Assembly: GCF_006345805.1 (NCBI RefSeq)
Contig: NC_042998.1
Coordinates: 58,032,001-58,096,000, forward strand
DNA length: 64,000 nucleotides
Reading direction: 5' to 3'
DNA from: Octopus sinensis
Lineage: Eukaryota
The position numbers and the translations under genes are program-made. The notes beneath the pieces were generated by a model that was given only the letters and a program-made list of their open reading frames with translations, did no database searches and was not told the origin of the DNA. Positions 25,301-38,826 of this stretch are shown here, piece by piece (within the stretch, counting starts at the first letter, position 1; every line of letters starts with the position of its first letter).

Positions 25301-28300
25301 AATTAGTATTCCAGCGTTCTTTCAATATTGAATACATTTTTCTTATTTCGGTATTCTATGCTGGTTGTAATATGATCCTCTCGGTTGTTCTTCTTAACTG
25401 TTACATCACATTATGCCCTGCTGCCTTTTCTGAAGGACACACTGGATAATGTTCCTCTAAATGCATTTTGTCTGAACGGATATACAATGGTGAAAACTGA
25501 AGTGACGTTTGTCATAGATCTGCTACAGCAAGCGGAAGCAGGAATTAACTGCAGTAACTTTATTATTTACACCACACCTGCACACGATATTGTGCTCCTC
25601 TAATTAATTTATTATAGCTTGTCAAGATCTTTTGCACATCAGTAAATGCACAATTTGATATTTTAATTTATGAGAGACCCGTTCTTAGTCTCTCAGAATA
25701 ACTGATGTGTTTACACCCATATTGTCTATAAGAAGAATTTCTTCTCTCGAGACAATTTTGCAGCGTATTACCTTTCCATGTCCGAATGTACACAAGCATA
25801 TTAAATATGACTGTGCATACTATACATAATACCAGGTTAGTAATAATTGCCAATGGTCCTTCAAGTAAATTTGCATTAACTGGCTTTTTACACACAACGA
25901 TGCGCTAATTCTGCCTAACTATTCCGTTGACTTTTTGTAAACTGAAATATTTTTATTATTTTTATTATTTTTTATATATAAAAATACTCCGGCATACTGT
26001 ATTTTTGGTTGGATCCAATTTACAGTAATTTGTTGAGTTTCTGAATTTATCTGTTTCGTATTAAAATGAGTGTTTTGTAGTTTTGCTTAGCATTGTCTTA
26101 GATGTTGTGTCCTGCTGCTTCTATTAAGTCTTTCGCTTTGAAACTATTATATATGCTGTTGTTTGACTGCTAGAAAAATTTATTATTCATTCGTGTATGA
26201 GGTCGCTATAAGTTTCTGTGTTTATCTTACATAAGTTTCACATATCACAATTGTCTACTCTTGTCATGTAATATGAACAACCTTCTGTGTGTGAGTTAAT
26301 GTTTTAATGTGCTTCAGGCCTCAGTTTATGCAGAAAATATTAGCTATATCTCTAATCATTATCTACGTGAGCAATTCTAAACTTTGTGGTAATATTTAGA
26401 AATAGAGATAGGCGTTAAGTATTTTATTTATGAGAAACTTTCTATGTTATCTGTCTCCTTAAATCAATTAGATGAAATTTGTAAATTATTTTCACCTGCT
26501 TCCAGACATAAATTTATTTGGTTAATTTAATATTAAAACGCAGTACTAAAATATAGCAAGTGAAAATTGACGCCAGCCCATAGACCATAAAATAGCCCGA
26601 AAATTAAGTAGTTTTTCGCACAGTTTTACCTTATGACTATCCTTATCTGAAATAATGTGAACATGAAACGTTTTATAAGAACGAGGTGTCGAATAACAGC
26701 TAAACGCGCACATACTCTTTCTTTCTTTCTTTCTTTCTCCACTCTCTCTCTTTCTCCCTCCCTCTCTCATCTATCCCTCTCTCTCGCAGTCCCTCCGTTA
26801 TACTGTTTCCCTAGTGCTGAGACCCAGATCTATTCAGACCAAGATGTGATAGGGTACGCAGTTTAGTCGACCAAACAATTGAACATGACATTTGTAAACT
26901 ATTTCTTTGAGATGAACCTTCATCTTTGAACTGCTGTTCAAGCCATGATCATATCAACTCCTTTCTATGGTTTATTGTATTCAGAAATACTTTATCCGTC
27001 ACGTTAATTCACTTTTAGAAAAAATAAAAAGTACCAAAGTCCCTCGTTGCTAACACAGTAGTATCATCAGCAACGACGCTACACATTATGGATATTTCGA
27101 CTATATAAATACTCTACATCTCTACCAGGCTGGTTGTTATTTCATTGGGGTGCCTTACTCAGTGTCTGCTTCTATGTTTACTTGCCAACAGCTTCGCTAT
27201 CTATGAAAACTTCTGCTGTTAGACCAATCCACCTCACCTACCCGTCCACTCGACATTCACCCACATTGAACGCTCTGCACTCAACTTCCATCATCCTCAG
27301 TTTTATCCTCAAACTATGTTCAGACAGCAAGATTTCAAGGAGTTTTGAGATTTAGCAGTTATTTTTAGCATTCTGAGTGCCTGCATGGAAGTGTCTTCGT
27401 TGACACAGAACAATTCACTCAATTATCCATTCTTTTATACATTCACTAAATCTGATCCAAGGAAATTGTATACTTATGTGTATATTATTGGACGAATATA
27501 TGTACAAGTGTGTGTTTTATGAATCAGTCAGCATGTGTAAGCTTTGAAGAAGGTATTCTAATAAATCTTGTTGGTATTTAAGTATAAAATAAGAGTTTAG
27601 AATGTAATTTCGATTATAGATAATATAGAAATCAATATGCAGCAAGAGCAATATATATATACATATATATGAAGTATCAGAGTTGAGAAATGGAACTTTA
27701 CCTATAATATAATAAAGTTCATATTATAGAATTTCCTTAAGTAAATTGGATTAAGCGGGAACCATCTGTCAAAAATACTTATATTTATTGACGTACACGC
27801 ATAATAGATGATAGATATTCTTCGTATCCGTTTGCCCAACCTGAGATTTTTAATGAAGCGTAAAGCTTTAATCAGAATTCTTCCAAACATCTCTAATGAA
27901 GAAGAAAGAAACGAATATGAAAACAGAGTATAATTGCTTAAATGTAGGAAATATAAATTTGAAGAGCATCCGGAGTTGGAACAATATACAAGTCTGGATA
28001 GGAAACCTAATCGCTTACAGAAATTCCTCTGTGTTATTGATAGTATTTGCAAAGATAAATATGATGAAGCGGGCAATCAATTCTGAGAATGAGAATAGTT
28101 TGATAAGTAAAGACAGACGCACCGATTGTAGTCATAATAACGTTGTTTTAAATTTCTACAGACGTGAAACTAATTTTATACTCGTCTTAGTTATATAGCA
28201 ATAATTTTGTAATACACCCTACAATTACTAAATTCCGAAACTGAGTATATGGCAGATTATATTGCTTGAGTTTATTTTACAATAACCTTCTATTTTCTCC

Positions 28301-28500
28301 TGCAGAAGTAATCATATCATTTGCTCCATGGTGCATTGCTTTTTATGTATAAACATATAATTATAGTATTTTAATGTTAAGTATTTATTCTTAAACTTCC
28401 TTCAACCAATAGAAAAGTCAAACATTTTCGAAGATTGGATTCATCATGAGACCACGAGGTGGTTGACCTAACTTGATAGAAATTGCAATATTTATTTGAA

Positions 28501-28561
28501 TCTGTCTGTCTGTCTCTGTCTCTGTCTGTCTGTCTATCAATCTATCTATCTATCTATCTAT
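28501..28561. repeat. (TCTG)n(TCTA)n microsatellite
   Basis: Direct reading. Confidence 0.9.
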
Positions 28562-28650
28562 CTTCTTTTTCCTTTTCCACCTCCGAAAAGAAAAGCTGTA
28601 CATTTAAAATTGTCCCCTCTGTGTCCAGCCCTGTGTGGCCAATAAAGAAA
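28562..28650 (+). mobile_element. 3'-terminal stub of a Tx1-clade LINE
   Basis: aaaagaaaagctgtacatttaaaattgtcccctctgtgtccagccctgtgtggccaataaagaaa is homologous to the 3' end of the element at 28764-30091 (aaaagaaaagctctacc...ttgtcccatctgtgtgcagccctgtgtggccaataaagaaa). Confidence 0.8.
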
Positions 28651-28651
28651 G

Positions 28652-28728
<77 letters not shown>

Positions 28729-28763
28729 GATTTATCCATCTACAGCTCTGTCTATCTATCTAT
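28651..28763. repeat. (TCTA)n microsatellite with a unique 22-bp interruption
   Basis: Interrupted by CGATTTATCCATCTACAGCTCT at 28728-28749, which is repeated at 30121-30142. Confidence 0.95.
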
Positions 28764-30091
28764 GCGCAGACACGCGCTGAGACTGCGACATCTCTGGCTC
28801 TATGTAGACGACGGTGAACAGGTGTGGTCGCCGTTTGTGAGGCACGCTTTCCCGCAGCTCGTCTCCATGGCCGAACTGCAGTCGTGAATCAAAAAGAGGC
28901 CGAGGAAGGGCGATTGGCACCGCGAGTGTCGCGTTGCTCTCAAGCAACTCTGCCGTCCCGGGTCGACCTTGAGTGACTTCAACACAACCAAAGCATTCTA
29001 TAGGGGATTAGTGGAGGGAAGGTACGACGACGAGCTCGGGGCGAACCTGGACGTCAACGAGGAGTACCTGACCCGCCTGTTCAGGACGACTTTCGGGCCA
29101 GGGCCCATGGATAACTTCCAGAGATCCCTGGCCTGGCAGTGCTACCGAGAAGCGCTACCCGTTCGGGATAAGCTCTACAGTCACGGCTCGAGAAACACGG
29201 GGCCGACCTGCCCGAGATGCGGTCAGAGCGACGAAACCGTTCTGCACGCACTCGTGCAGTGTCCAACAATTTCCGACCTGTGGGCTTATGTCGAACAACT
29301 GCTGTCACGTGTGGGACGAGTCGGTTTATCAGCTGAGTCTATCGTCAATATTGTCACCCCTCCTTCCTTCAAACGGGAAGGAAGAGCTATTTTCATCATC
29401 CTTGTGGCTATGGCGAAAGAATGTATCTGGTGGACGCGTCTGAAAGGATTGGAGACAAACACTTTCCTCTCTGGTCAATCTCTCATCAACTTCTTCAAGT
29501 ACCACTTGAAAAGGAAAGTGAGAGTAGAGAGGCAAATTTTGTCTAGCGAATTTTTAAAAAAAAGATGGGTGAATGTAGCAAGGATGGCACGTATGAATGA
29601 CGAAGCCACCTTGAGCATAATCCTATGAACCCAGAAATTGAAAACAGAGAGTTACCCACTTGCAAACAAATGTGGTAACATATAACAATATTGACCAAGG
29701 TTACCGTGGTCTTTTTCGTAGGCTTTTCTTCCCACGGATAAACCTTACTTGCTTTCCCCTTTACACCATATATCATAACACTGTGATACACGATCCCTAT
29801 TGATCGTTCTTTTTTTTTTCCTCTTCCCCTTTTTTTCCCCTTTTTTCTTCTTTTTTCATTTCTCTTTCCTTTTGTTCCTTTTCCTTTTCTTTTTTTCTTT
29901 TTATTCTTTTTATTTTATTCGAGCTTTTTTTTGTTTTTGTTCTTTTCTTCCCTTTTACGATCCCTCTTGATCGAAAACCTACGCCACCCCCTTTTTTTCT
30001 TTTGTTTTTTGTTCTCTTCATCCCCCAAAAGAAAAGCTCTACCTTGTAACTTGTCCCATCTGTGTGCAGCCCTGTGTGGCCAATAAAGAAA
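28764..30091 (+). mobile_element. 5'-truncated Tx1-clade (L1 group) LINE: ORF2 C-terminus with zinc knuckle and 3' UTR
   Basis: One reading frame from about 28764 to 29628 with a single internal stop at 28885-28887: ...FQRSLAWQCYREALPVRDKL...CPRCGQSDETVLHALVQC...W...AKECIWWTR...LKRKVRVER...KRWV (CCHC zf-RVT and Tx1-type tail). GC-rich relative to the flanks. Pyrimidine-rich 3' UTR ends in AATAAAGAAA. Confidence 0.88.
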
Positions 30092-30251
<160 letters not shown>

Positions 30252-30844
30252 CCTATCTAACTACCTATCTATTTGTATGTCTATATTTCTGTCTGTCTAT
30301 CTACTTGTCTGTCTATCTATCTTTCTACCCATCTCTATGGATTTAACGTATAATTATTTCATATCAATAAGAAACATATTTACTGATAGAGAATTAATTT
30401 CTTAGTAAGAAAAAACAAATTAATGATGAAATTAATATCTCTTGAATCAAACGATAAACTGAATGGTTGAAATACGAATGACTACAACTTCAGTTCCCTG
30501 TGGTATGAACGCGTGCTGCCTTAAAGAAAATGTGCTTTCTTTAAAAAAAAGGATGTGACAATCATACATTTCTGGCGTAGGACGTTATTTATCACGTGTG
30601 TTATTAGAGATTTTATAATTCTGACCTTTTTGATGGCCACCCTGAATTGAGTGTAGCAATGTGTAAATAAGATCAAAAGCCATCTGATAATGGTGACAGT
30701 GTGGGAGTTCATTACCCTCTCTTAAACCGAAGCTTGTTGATGTTTAGCATATTTTAAAATAGCTGATGAAATACTTCCTGCTATATCTGAAGTCTTAGAA
30801 ATATTTGAATGCTTATGCATGCTGTCAGTGGGTGTAAGGAGAAT

Positions 30845-31015
30845 GTATGTATGTATGTATGTATGTATGTATGTATGTATGTATGTATGTATGTATGTAT
30901 GTATGTGTGTATGTATGTACGTATGTATGTATTTATGTATGTAGGTATGTATATATGTTTGTATGTATGTACGTACGTAGGTATGTATGTATGTATGTGT
31001 GTATGTATGTATGTG
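30845..31015. repeat. (TATG)n microsatellite
   Basis: Direct reading. Explains the ORFs at 30722-31171. Confidence 0.95.
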
Positions 31016-32086
31016 TATGTTTCTATGAATATATTTGAAGTACAACTTTGGAAAAAAGTTAGAGATAGCCCGACTTAATGCAAATGAGAAATGTTTACTG
31101 TTAAGAATTCTACTGTCATATTTGGGTAGTTTACGAGAGGCTAGATATAGGAAAGCGAAATTGCAAACCAATATGGCTTGTTCTGAACCAATATTCCTTG
31201 CTGTATCAATTTCCCTTCATTTACATATCTATGTCGATTATTAAACATTTAACAAAGACGTTAATGTTATATACTATATCTCTACCCTGCCCTACAAATT
31301 CCAGTTACCATGTTTATGTGAGAAGAAATTGGTAACAGATGTTGGCAAAAGTATATCGATAATGTTTTACATCAATAAGACATTTCATCGATAGATTCTT
31401 AATGCTACATTTCTTTGAAAAATAGCATTAAAAATGGCTTGTTTTGAGAGAATTAAATTTTCGTATCTTACTTGAAAGAAACAATATTATAGTCATCTGT
31501 ATGATATTTACAGTAAAATATTCTGTTTGTTATAGCTTTTATGAATATTTCTCAAGCCCACAGTTTTATAATTTCAAGCAAACATCAAAATTAGTACGAC
31601 TTCACACAAGAATGAAAGGGCTGACCACTTAGTTCCGTTATAGCAGATTCCGCATTTATATTATACTAAAATGGACAGCAAATAGTATTTGTCCTCGCTT
31701 TACATTAGTATCTTTATGATCTAGTACTTTTCATGCTGAGAATAAATTAAACACAAGCCAAATATTCTTCGCTGGATACTAGTCTCCATATTTCTCCAGC
31801 TGGCAGTTGTTGTTCGACTCTTGCGAAATATCTATAATATCTGAACCGTTTTTAAGTCATCATCACAGAAAACTGTAATGCATATACCTATTAACACTCT
31901 CTTACAACTATCTAAAAGGGCAAATACTTTATTATTTAACCAGTACCTAAGTTTAACCAGTACCTAGGCAAGAGCACCCACTTTATTTTTTCGTGCTGTC
32001 CGAAGTTCCCAGTACTTTCAGTTAGTTAACAAGACGTAGAGCCTCTTTGAACCTGCGAACCACCAGACCTATTACAAAATCTCAAA

Positions 32087-32214
32087 AGATTCACACACTT
32101 ATTGCAACGGTCCTTCAGTTTTTCTAAGCCCTGTAAAAGAGCTCGTAAGTTTGGGTTTCCAATCAGGCTTTTCGATATAGCCCTAAAGCCGGGAACTTTT
32201 CAACACCCACTCGC
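32087..32214 (-). mobile_element. Mariner-derived MITE, partial copy
   Basis: Reverse complement gcgagtgggtgttgaaaagttcccggctttagggctatatcgaaaagcctgattgg...ctgaaggaccgttgcaataagtgtgtgaa is homologous to 47229-47370. Confidence 0.7.
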
Positions 32215-33357
32215 AGTATCATCTTAGGACCGTAACTACTTGTACGAAAAATAGTTTATCATTACTCACTTATTATACCTAAATAGCATAACTAAAACTT
32301 TCACAAGTGTTATGAATTCTAGGTAGTACTGATGACATATTTGCTACATTGTTCTTACACACAGAGTTATAACAACCAAACGATGGTTATTCGATCGATT
32401 GGCAAAGAGACATTAACAACACGCTACACCCAATGGACTCCACACATACTGCGTTTTCTCTCTCGCTCTTGATTTCTCTCCAATCCATGCCTTTTCCATT
32501 GTGTATCTTCCCCAAACATCACGTAAAACTCAGTGCTCAATCTTTTCCTCCAGGAGTGCAGCTTCTTGAAATTCTTTACTTGCTCAGAATACCAAGTTCA
32601 AAATTATCAGTAGAAATATCCAGGACACGGCCACTTATCTGCTGATACTTGCTGACAATCTCTGAAATTGTAAAGTAGGCATATCAGAGACAAATCTCTT
32701 CTGAACCATAAATAATTTCAGCTCTGATCAACTTCATGCTCCATTACAAAGCTCACCGAATGTTATCTAATCTGAAATGTTGTTGACTTATCTACGATGT
32801 GGTATATATAATACTACTAGTTTCGTGTGCGATACAATTACTATCTTTATATACGGCCTTCGTAAATATACACCAAATTCCCACTCATATTTCTATAAAG
32901 CCGTTTTACAATATATTATCTGTTATTCCGTCAAATGATTCAGTCATTTTATTGCTTACTGTATCAACATGTTATTGGTGGTTGTTTGTAGTTTGTTATA
33001 TCAATATGTTCTGAATAATTGTTTACAGTTTTTGTACCAGATATATCAACATGTTATATCCATTACTTTATTGTTTGTTGTACTAGTGGGTTAGCTTTAC
33101 TTATTTATAGTTTGTAGTAAAACTTTGGTGTCGGTTGTTGTTTATGGTTTGATGAACTAACATTCCTCTAGTATTTGTACGATTTTCCTCTTGAAACATA
33201 GAGCGAAATTCATATGATGCACTGTAATTTTGACTGCTTGAATAAAACATTACTTATTTAGTGGATAAGAACATTGTACTGTTCATTGTTGCCTCTTTCA
33301 CTGGCGAAGACATTAATCTTAATGTATCGCAGACCATATACGGTCTTTTTGTGTCAG

Positions 33358-33411
33358 TATACACCTCTTCTCAAAATGGCATTCTTCCAATTTTAATAGC
33401 AATCTGTTCTG
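33358..33411 (+). CDS. Candidate short coding exon (phase 1 to 1), xYTSSQNGILPILIAICS
   Basis: Acceptor tctttttgtgtcAG, weak donor G|GTAGAA. It joins in frame to 33977-34167 to give GILPILIAICSDKTACEDTERSLGALKKLAC, an ARM/HEAT-like helix pattern. Confidence 0.3.
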
Positions 33412-33976
33412 GTAGAATGTGGTACGCAAAAAGGTAAAATTACTGTATTTAGTGTCATTTTTGTAACTTGTGGTTCAAATACAACCAGGTTTGACTTTCC
33501 CTTTCATATTCCCGAAAAATATTTGTATCAGTTATATATTGGGGTTGACTACATCCTTTACTCGCCGAAACCGGTGAGGTTTACTAATGCCGGAATCTAT
33601 TAATGACAATGTTACATGAGATACAAGAGTATATTACGTAAATGATGGTGTCAATTAATTGTAGGAGTAAGAAATAAAAGTCGGAGGAATACAAAAAAGA
33701 TTTTTTGACAGAAGAACTAGCTAACGACGCAAGACTACTGAATGTATACTCCTTGGTACTTAAAAACACATATATATATACATATCTACAGTTTCATGTG
33801 TTTGTATAAAGATCGTTCATAAAATCAAGTTTATAGTTATATCATATATTTACAAAATCGAAATCCGGGCACAAATTACGAAACTATTTTACAGGTAAAA
33901 AGAAGCTTCGATATTTATTAAATTATATTTTTAAATTCTGAAATAACATCTTACATTTTAATGTCTTCTTCTTCAG

Positions 33977-34167
33977 ATAAAACAGCTTGCGAAGATACTG
34001 AAAGGTCGTTGGGTGCTCTGAAAAAGTTAGCCTGCAATCCAGAATGTCTTTCAGCTCTTTTGGATGGACTCGGATCATACCTGAAGACTGTCATAGGGAT
34101 TGTCGACCAGATAGAATGTTCAGGAGTCGAAAAGGCTATCAATGAATTGTTCAACCAAATTATACGG
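33977..34167 (+). CDS. Candidate coding exon of an unidentified (possibly ARM/HEAT-repeat) gene
   Basis: Strong acceptor ttttaatgtcttcttcttcAG and donor CGG|GTCAGT. The 191 nt are open in one frame: (D)KTACEDTERSLGALKKLACNPECLSALLDGLGSYLKTVIGIVDQIECSGVEKAINELFNQIIR. The GC rise matches the exon limits. Confidence 0.5.
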
Positions 34168-34753
34168 GTCAGTTAACTTTAATATTTGAAACATATTTCT
34201 AATGTTTTAACGTTTTTTTGAAGTCTTATTTATACTTTTATTAATGATTATTGATTTCTAAAGGAGCGTATACGATTGAATTGTCTCAGTAAATTATTGC
34301 AACTAATAGTTATCGATCACAGCCATATCAAAGACAGTAATGTCCTCTACGAGATGGTTTTACTTCTAAACGTAATGTCCTGAACAATACTAAAGTGCAT
34401 TTCATCAAGACTTTTATCATTTGTTCCACTTCATAGAAATCAATCGATAATCACCTTATCGACAAATAAAAACCGAAACTAAACATGTAATACAGGACAT
34501 TTGTTATATTCAAGGAAAGTAACAATTTCATACTGGCACAGAAGCCATCATATATATGAGGAGGGTCCAAAGGTTTTCATTTTCTTTTTTTTTTTAGTGT
34601 TTTTGTACCTTTTGTTGTCTGAATCCAGATCAGCCTTAATCTAGCAGACCTAAAATAACGGCTTCACAACCGGGACCATCAATTTTTAATTAAGACTCTG
34701 TGTCTCTTGTACAACATAATCTTCCTGTGGTAGTCACTCTTTAAGACGGTATA

Positions 34754-34976
34754 GGCGGCGAGTTGGCAGAAACGTTAGCACGCCGGGCGAAATGCGTAGC
34801 CGTATTTCGTCTGCCGTTAAGTTCAAATTCCGCCGAGGCCAACTTTGGCTTTCATCCTTTCGGGGTCGATAAATTAAGTACCAGTTACGCACTGGAGTCG
34901 ATGTAATCGACTTAATACCCATGTCTGTCCTTGTTTGTCCCCTCTGTGTTTAGCCCCTTGTGGGTAATAAAGAAAT
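34754..34976 (+). mobile_element. SINE family N (Deu/Nin-type domain), full length, tail type A
   Basis: Head ggcggcgagttggcagaaacgttag...agttcaaattcc, domain gccgaggccaactttggctttcatcctttcggggtcgataaattaagtaccag, tail ttgtcccctctgtgtttagccccttgtgggtaataaagaaa. Confidence 0.9.
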
Positions 34977-35190
34977 AGGTATAGTACGGACTGAAAGACA
35001 CTTCGCTTCTGTTTCTTACATATGAAGTCGCTGTTAAACAGTATAGGTTATATGAAATGCTTTTAACAAGCTTTTGAAATAATGGACTGCTAGTTATTGT
35101 CTATCTCAGTCACATTTTATGGATGACAATAATGGTTCATCTCTTACCAAATATTAAAGTGCAAAACGGGAGAATGCCCCACTCAATTAC

Positions 35191-35387
35191 CATTCCCACT
35201 AAATGCTGATACAAATAGCATTGGCTTAATGTCCTTTTCAGAAAATGCACCAATAAAGTAGCTCGTTCCAGTGTAATATGTAATAATTTCATTAAACACA
35301 ATTACTTTGTCTTCATTTGTCACTGCATCGTTCTTGTTTGCGATTATAGCTGATGACGAAAGCTTAATCACATTCACCACATCTTTG
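35191..35387 (-). CDS. Candidate antisense exon (phase 2 to 1), function unknown
   Basis: Acceptor cacactttcAG, donor G|GTAATT, 65 open codons KDVVNVIKLSSSAIIANKNDAVTNEDKVIVFNEIITYYTGTSYFIGAFSEKDIKPMLFVSAFSGN. No recognisable motif; could be chance. Confidence 0.22.
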
Positions 35388-37948
35388 CTGAAAGTGTGAA
35401 TGTTTAGCAACTTAAAACCTTTAAAATGGTTATTTCAATGAGTCACAGCTACTGAGGAAAGTAGTTTTATGTCTTAAACAGCTAATGCCTTTAGAAAAAT
35501 AAAGACATGAACATCACACTTTAGAATTCTTCCTCATCTAAGCAATTTTATCGCACTCTGAGCAGAGACTAAAAGCCTCATTCATTGACTTAAACTTATA
35601 GTTACAATTACTTGAAGCTGTTCCAGCGAAAAGAATAGCCTACACGATGGATTATTTGTCAACCCGTTGAATGCTGTTGCACATTCGCATCTTCTATCCA
35701 GCAGAACGTCGCGTCGTGGCTAAGCTATTTCAATCTTAATTATTGCATCAGCTGTAATTTGATATTACAAATCATATAACTCAATTGTAGGCGGCAGTAA
35801 AAGCATGGTGGAATTAATTTCTTAATTAAGCACGGTTTGATTAAATATTGGATAATTCCGAAACAACAAAACGTAGGAGAAACTATCGGTAAGGGTAAGT
35901 TAGTATTAACATTCCTAATGCATAAATGTTTAAAAATGCAATTAAAAAATATAATCATTAACATCATTTTAATAATTCCTCTGACTACAGTAGGCTTCTT
36001 GTATTTAATAAGTCTTTCATAAGTTTACTCTCTCACATGTAGTCATTTGGCTGTGGCTATATTGAGTACCTCTTTTGCAGATTTTCAGTCGATCATATCA
36101 ACTCCAATAATTCTTTCAGCAATCAATCTCAACTTATCGAATCGCTAAGTTTTCTTTGACACAAATTGCAGCATTGTTTTACACATACAGACTCTGTTGA
36201 ACAGACACTGACACATCCATCCATCCATCCATCTGTTTACTCCATTCCATTCTATTCCAACCATCCATCCATCCATCTGTGTGTCAGTCTATCTGTTTTT
36301 ATATTTATCTACCTATATCTCTATCTATAACTATTATGTGTGTGTGTATCTGTTCATACAACATAAACACCTCTTCAGGGCTGAAGACAGGCAATCTGCA
36401 CTTCGCTGTTCTTTTTATCTGGTTATTTCAAGACCAAGGAAATAGCCAACTCAGCGTAACCTTGTACCTAATAGAAAATTCCTCTTCTAATTCACTCCGA
36501 GGACGTGACTGCTGCTTTCGTGTCACTGAAAACCAGAGCAAGTTGCCACAGAATTAAGTGTCGTTTAACAAAAACAAAACTGAATTTTAATACTCTTGCT
36601 ATTAATGGAATTCCCAAATAGGTAATTTCAAACAACTATTTGACAAAGCTGTTTTACACTTTTTAGTGTAAATCTAATAGAATCCCCCCCACCAAAAAAA
36701 AGGTAAAGGGGAAAAGCACGCTATCTCAAGTAAATAAGAAGACACTGACAACTGCAGTCTATAATACACTTTGCTTAAAATGATAGTATTTCTTGAATAT
36801 CTCCGATCATAGGTCGACTCTGTCAGTGCTGGCATGTATCTAAATAGTAACAATGAGCACAACTTAGTCTTTGGTCTTACATTGCAAACAAAATGTCACG
36901 ATTCTTTCAAAGCACTTCAATGATTAAAATTGACATCCGAGATGGTTGTATGGTATGTAAAACGAGAGTTTATTTTGCTACAATAATACGATGAAGACAT
37001 TGTGAGTGAGAAGTATCAACTGTCTCAACCAATCAGTTGAGTTTTAACAGAAGAAATACGAAAAACAGTGTGATAGAAATAGCTAGAATCTTTGGAGACC
37101 GTAGTAGATTTCGGGATCAAAGGAAATCAAATAAAATACATTATTTTTCATACCATATCAGTACAAGATTATTTTTGTAGATTGAATAAAAGTTAACGGA
37201 ATAATTTCTATTTAGGAAACCATTAACCGATTTTGTTAGACAAATGTCGCAACTAAGAATTTTGCTTTGTTATAATACTTACTTAGTCTTGCATTCGCTG
37301 TGAGACATCTCGGCATTATTTAAGCACACTAATCTCACCGTCACTTACGTAACTATAATTTCACTTACTAATGGATTATTGTTCATTGCATAACGTAATA
37401 TGTTGGTTCCGTTATGTTTTCTATGTAGTCAAGAAACTATCATTAGTTTAATATTGAAGAGAAACGTAGGTGGGCGTTGAGTTGTAAAAGTAAGTGTATT
37501 ACTATTTAGAGTCGACATAATGAGACAAAATACTGCATTAGGTGGTTGAGTAGACTTAGGATTAAGGCCTTCCCATTCTATTGTTTTCGTTGTGTAGGAC
37601 TGTGTTACCTTATGTTTCTTTTGTTTTAGTAAGACGTTTAGTAAGAACGTTGAGAGGTTTGACTATCTTTTCTAGCAGATTCGAGTGAGCACGAATAGAC
37701 TTTCTTTACTAGATATTAGAACGGCCTTGGAAGGCAGGAACGATAGAATATCTTGCAGTAATTATTACTTAATTTTGCCTCTTTACATTCAGTGTTTCAA
37801 ATCTCACCCAAGTCGATTTCACTTTTTTTATCGAAGCCAAATTGAAAACAGTAAGTACCAGTTAAGCTAGTTGGTTACGGAGGATTGTGATTTGAAGGTT
37901 TATGTCTCTACTCTTGATTATGTCACCCAGGTGCTTCTGCTAGTTACT

Positions 37949-38146
37949 GGTTCCAAATTTTGGCATAAAGCCAGCAATTTCGGAGGAGAAGTTTAATCAA
38001 TTACATTGCTCTCAGTGCTCAACTGGTACTTATTTTTATCGACTTCGAATGGATGAAAGGCGGAATTTGAACTCAGAACGTAAGGACGGATGAAACGCCG
38101 CTAAGTATTTTTCCCGTCGTGCTGAAAATTCTGTCTGCTCGCCGCC
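37949..38146 (-). mobile_element. SINE family N, tail type B, internal deletion
   Basis: Reverse complement ggcggcgagcagacagaa...ttacgttctgagttcaaattccgcc-tttcatccattcgaagtcgataaaaataagtaccag...aaattgctggctttatgccaaaatttggaacc. Confidence 0.75.
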
Positions 38147-38698
38147 TTAAACCTAGCTAGTTATTGGCATTTAAAGAATGTATCAGTGAAAGTGATAGAT
38201 CCGACACACTATCGAACAGTAGTTGCTTGTCAATAGGCACATGGTTTGCTAGAAGTAGGAGCTCAAATCATATGCTACTATCTGAAATAAAATGAAACCA
38301 TTGGTCAACATATATACAATGTCTGAAAATAATGAAATAGTCACGGCTTAAATATTGTGAATCATGGGTGTGCCATTTTAGGGCCAACCTGCCAGACTCT
38401 TCTGCGATCAAATTCGTCGCGGTTAACGAAGCCACTCATATTCTCAGTCAATAGAATTAATGCCACAAAAATTCTGTGAATGGTTCGATAGACTATACAT
38501 ATTACTCTACACATTAATTTCCTTTGTGTCTCGTCAATATAAATAATTATGAAGAGAAGAAAAGCTGTTTGATAACTACAATATAACAGCTGAGTAGAAA
38601 ATTAATCGTAAACATGAGATAAGTATGTATTGATGCTATCTTATGAAAGACTTCATTGAGGAGTATCATTATTATTCGTATAAAAAGGAAAAAAAATA

Positions 38699-38700
<2 letters not shown>

Positions 38701-38737
<37 letters not shown>

Positions 38738-38773
38738 TTCATCGATATTGTTGTTGTTGTTGTTGTTATTATG

Positions 38774-38826
<53 letters not shown>
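38701..38826. repeat. Compound trinucleotide microsatellite (CAT)n(TGT)n(TAT)n
   Basis: Direct reading. Source of the poly-H/D/N/I ORFs at 38653-38884. Confidence 0.95.

Noticed and set aside
26880-27130. Possible Penelope GIY-YIG C-terminus (FIFEL..P..INSF)
   Set aside because: A single weak motif with stops; no intact ribozyme core nearby.
27702-28090. Exon-like ORFs on both strands (minus MFGRILIKALRF...; plus KYKFEEHPELEQY...)
   Set aside because: The minus candidate ends in a stop exactly at its donor and the plus frame has an internal stop. No consistent splice model or recognisable motif.
30722-31171. Long ORFs with YIHT/MYVC, poly-I/N/H/D/E or YLSI repeats (also 21835, 28483, 30062, 38653, 53833, 57647)
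   Set aside because: They are translations of microsatellites lacking stop codons in some frames.
35346-35365. Other CTGATGA/CTGACGA hammerhead-like cores (here and near 23850 and 45130)
   Set aside because: They lack stem II and/or the GAAA and stem I pairing.
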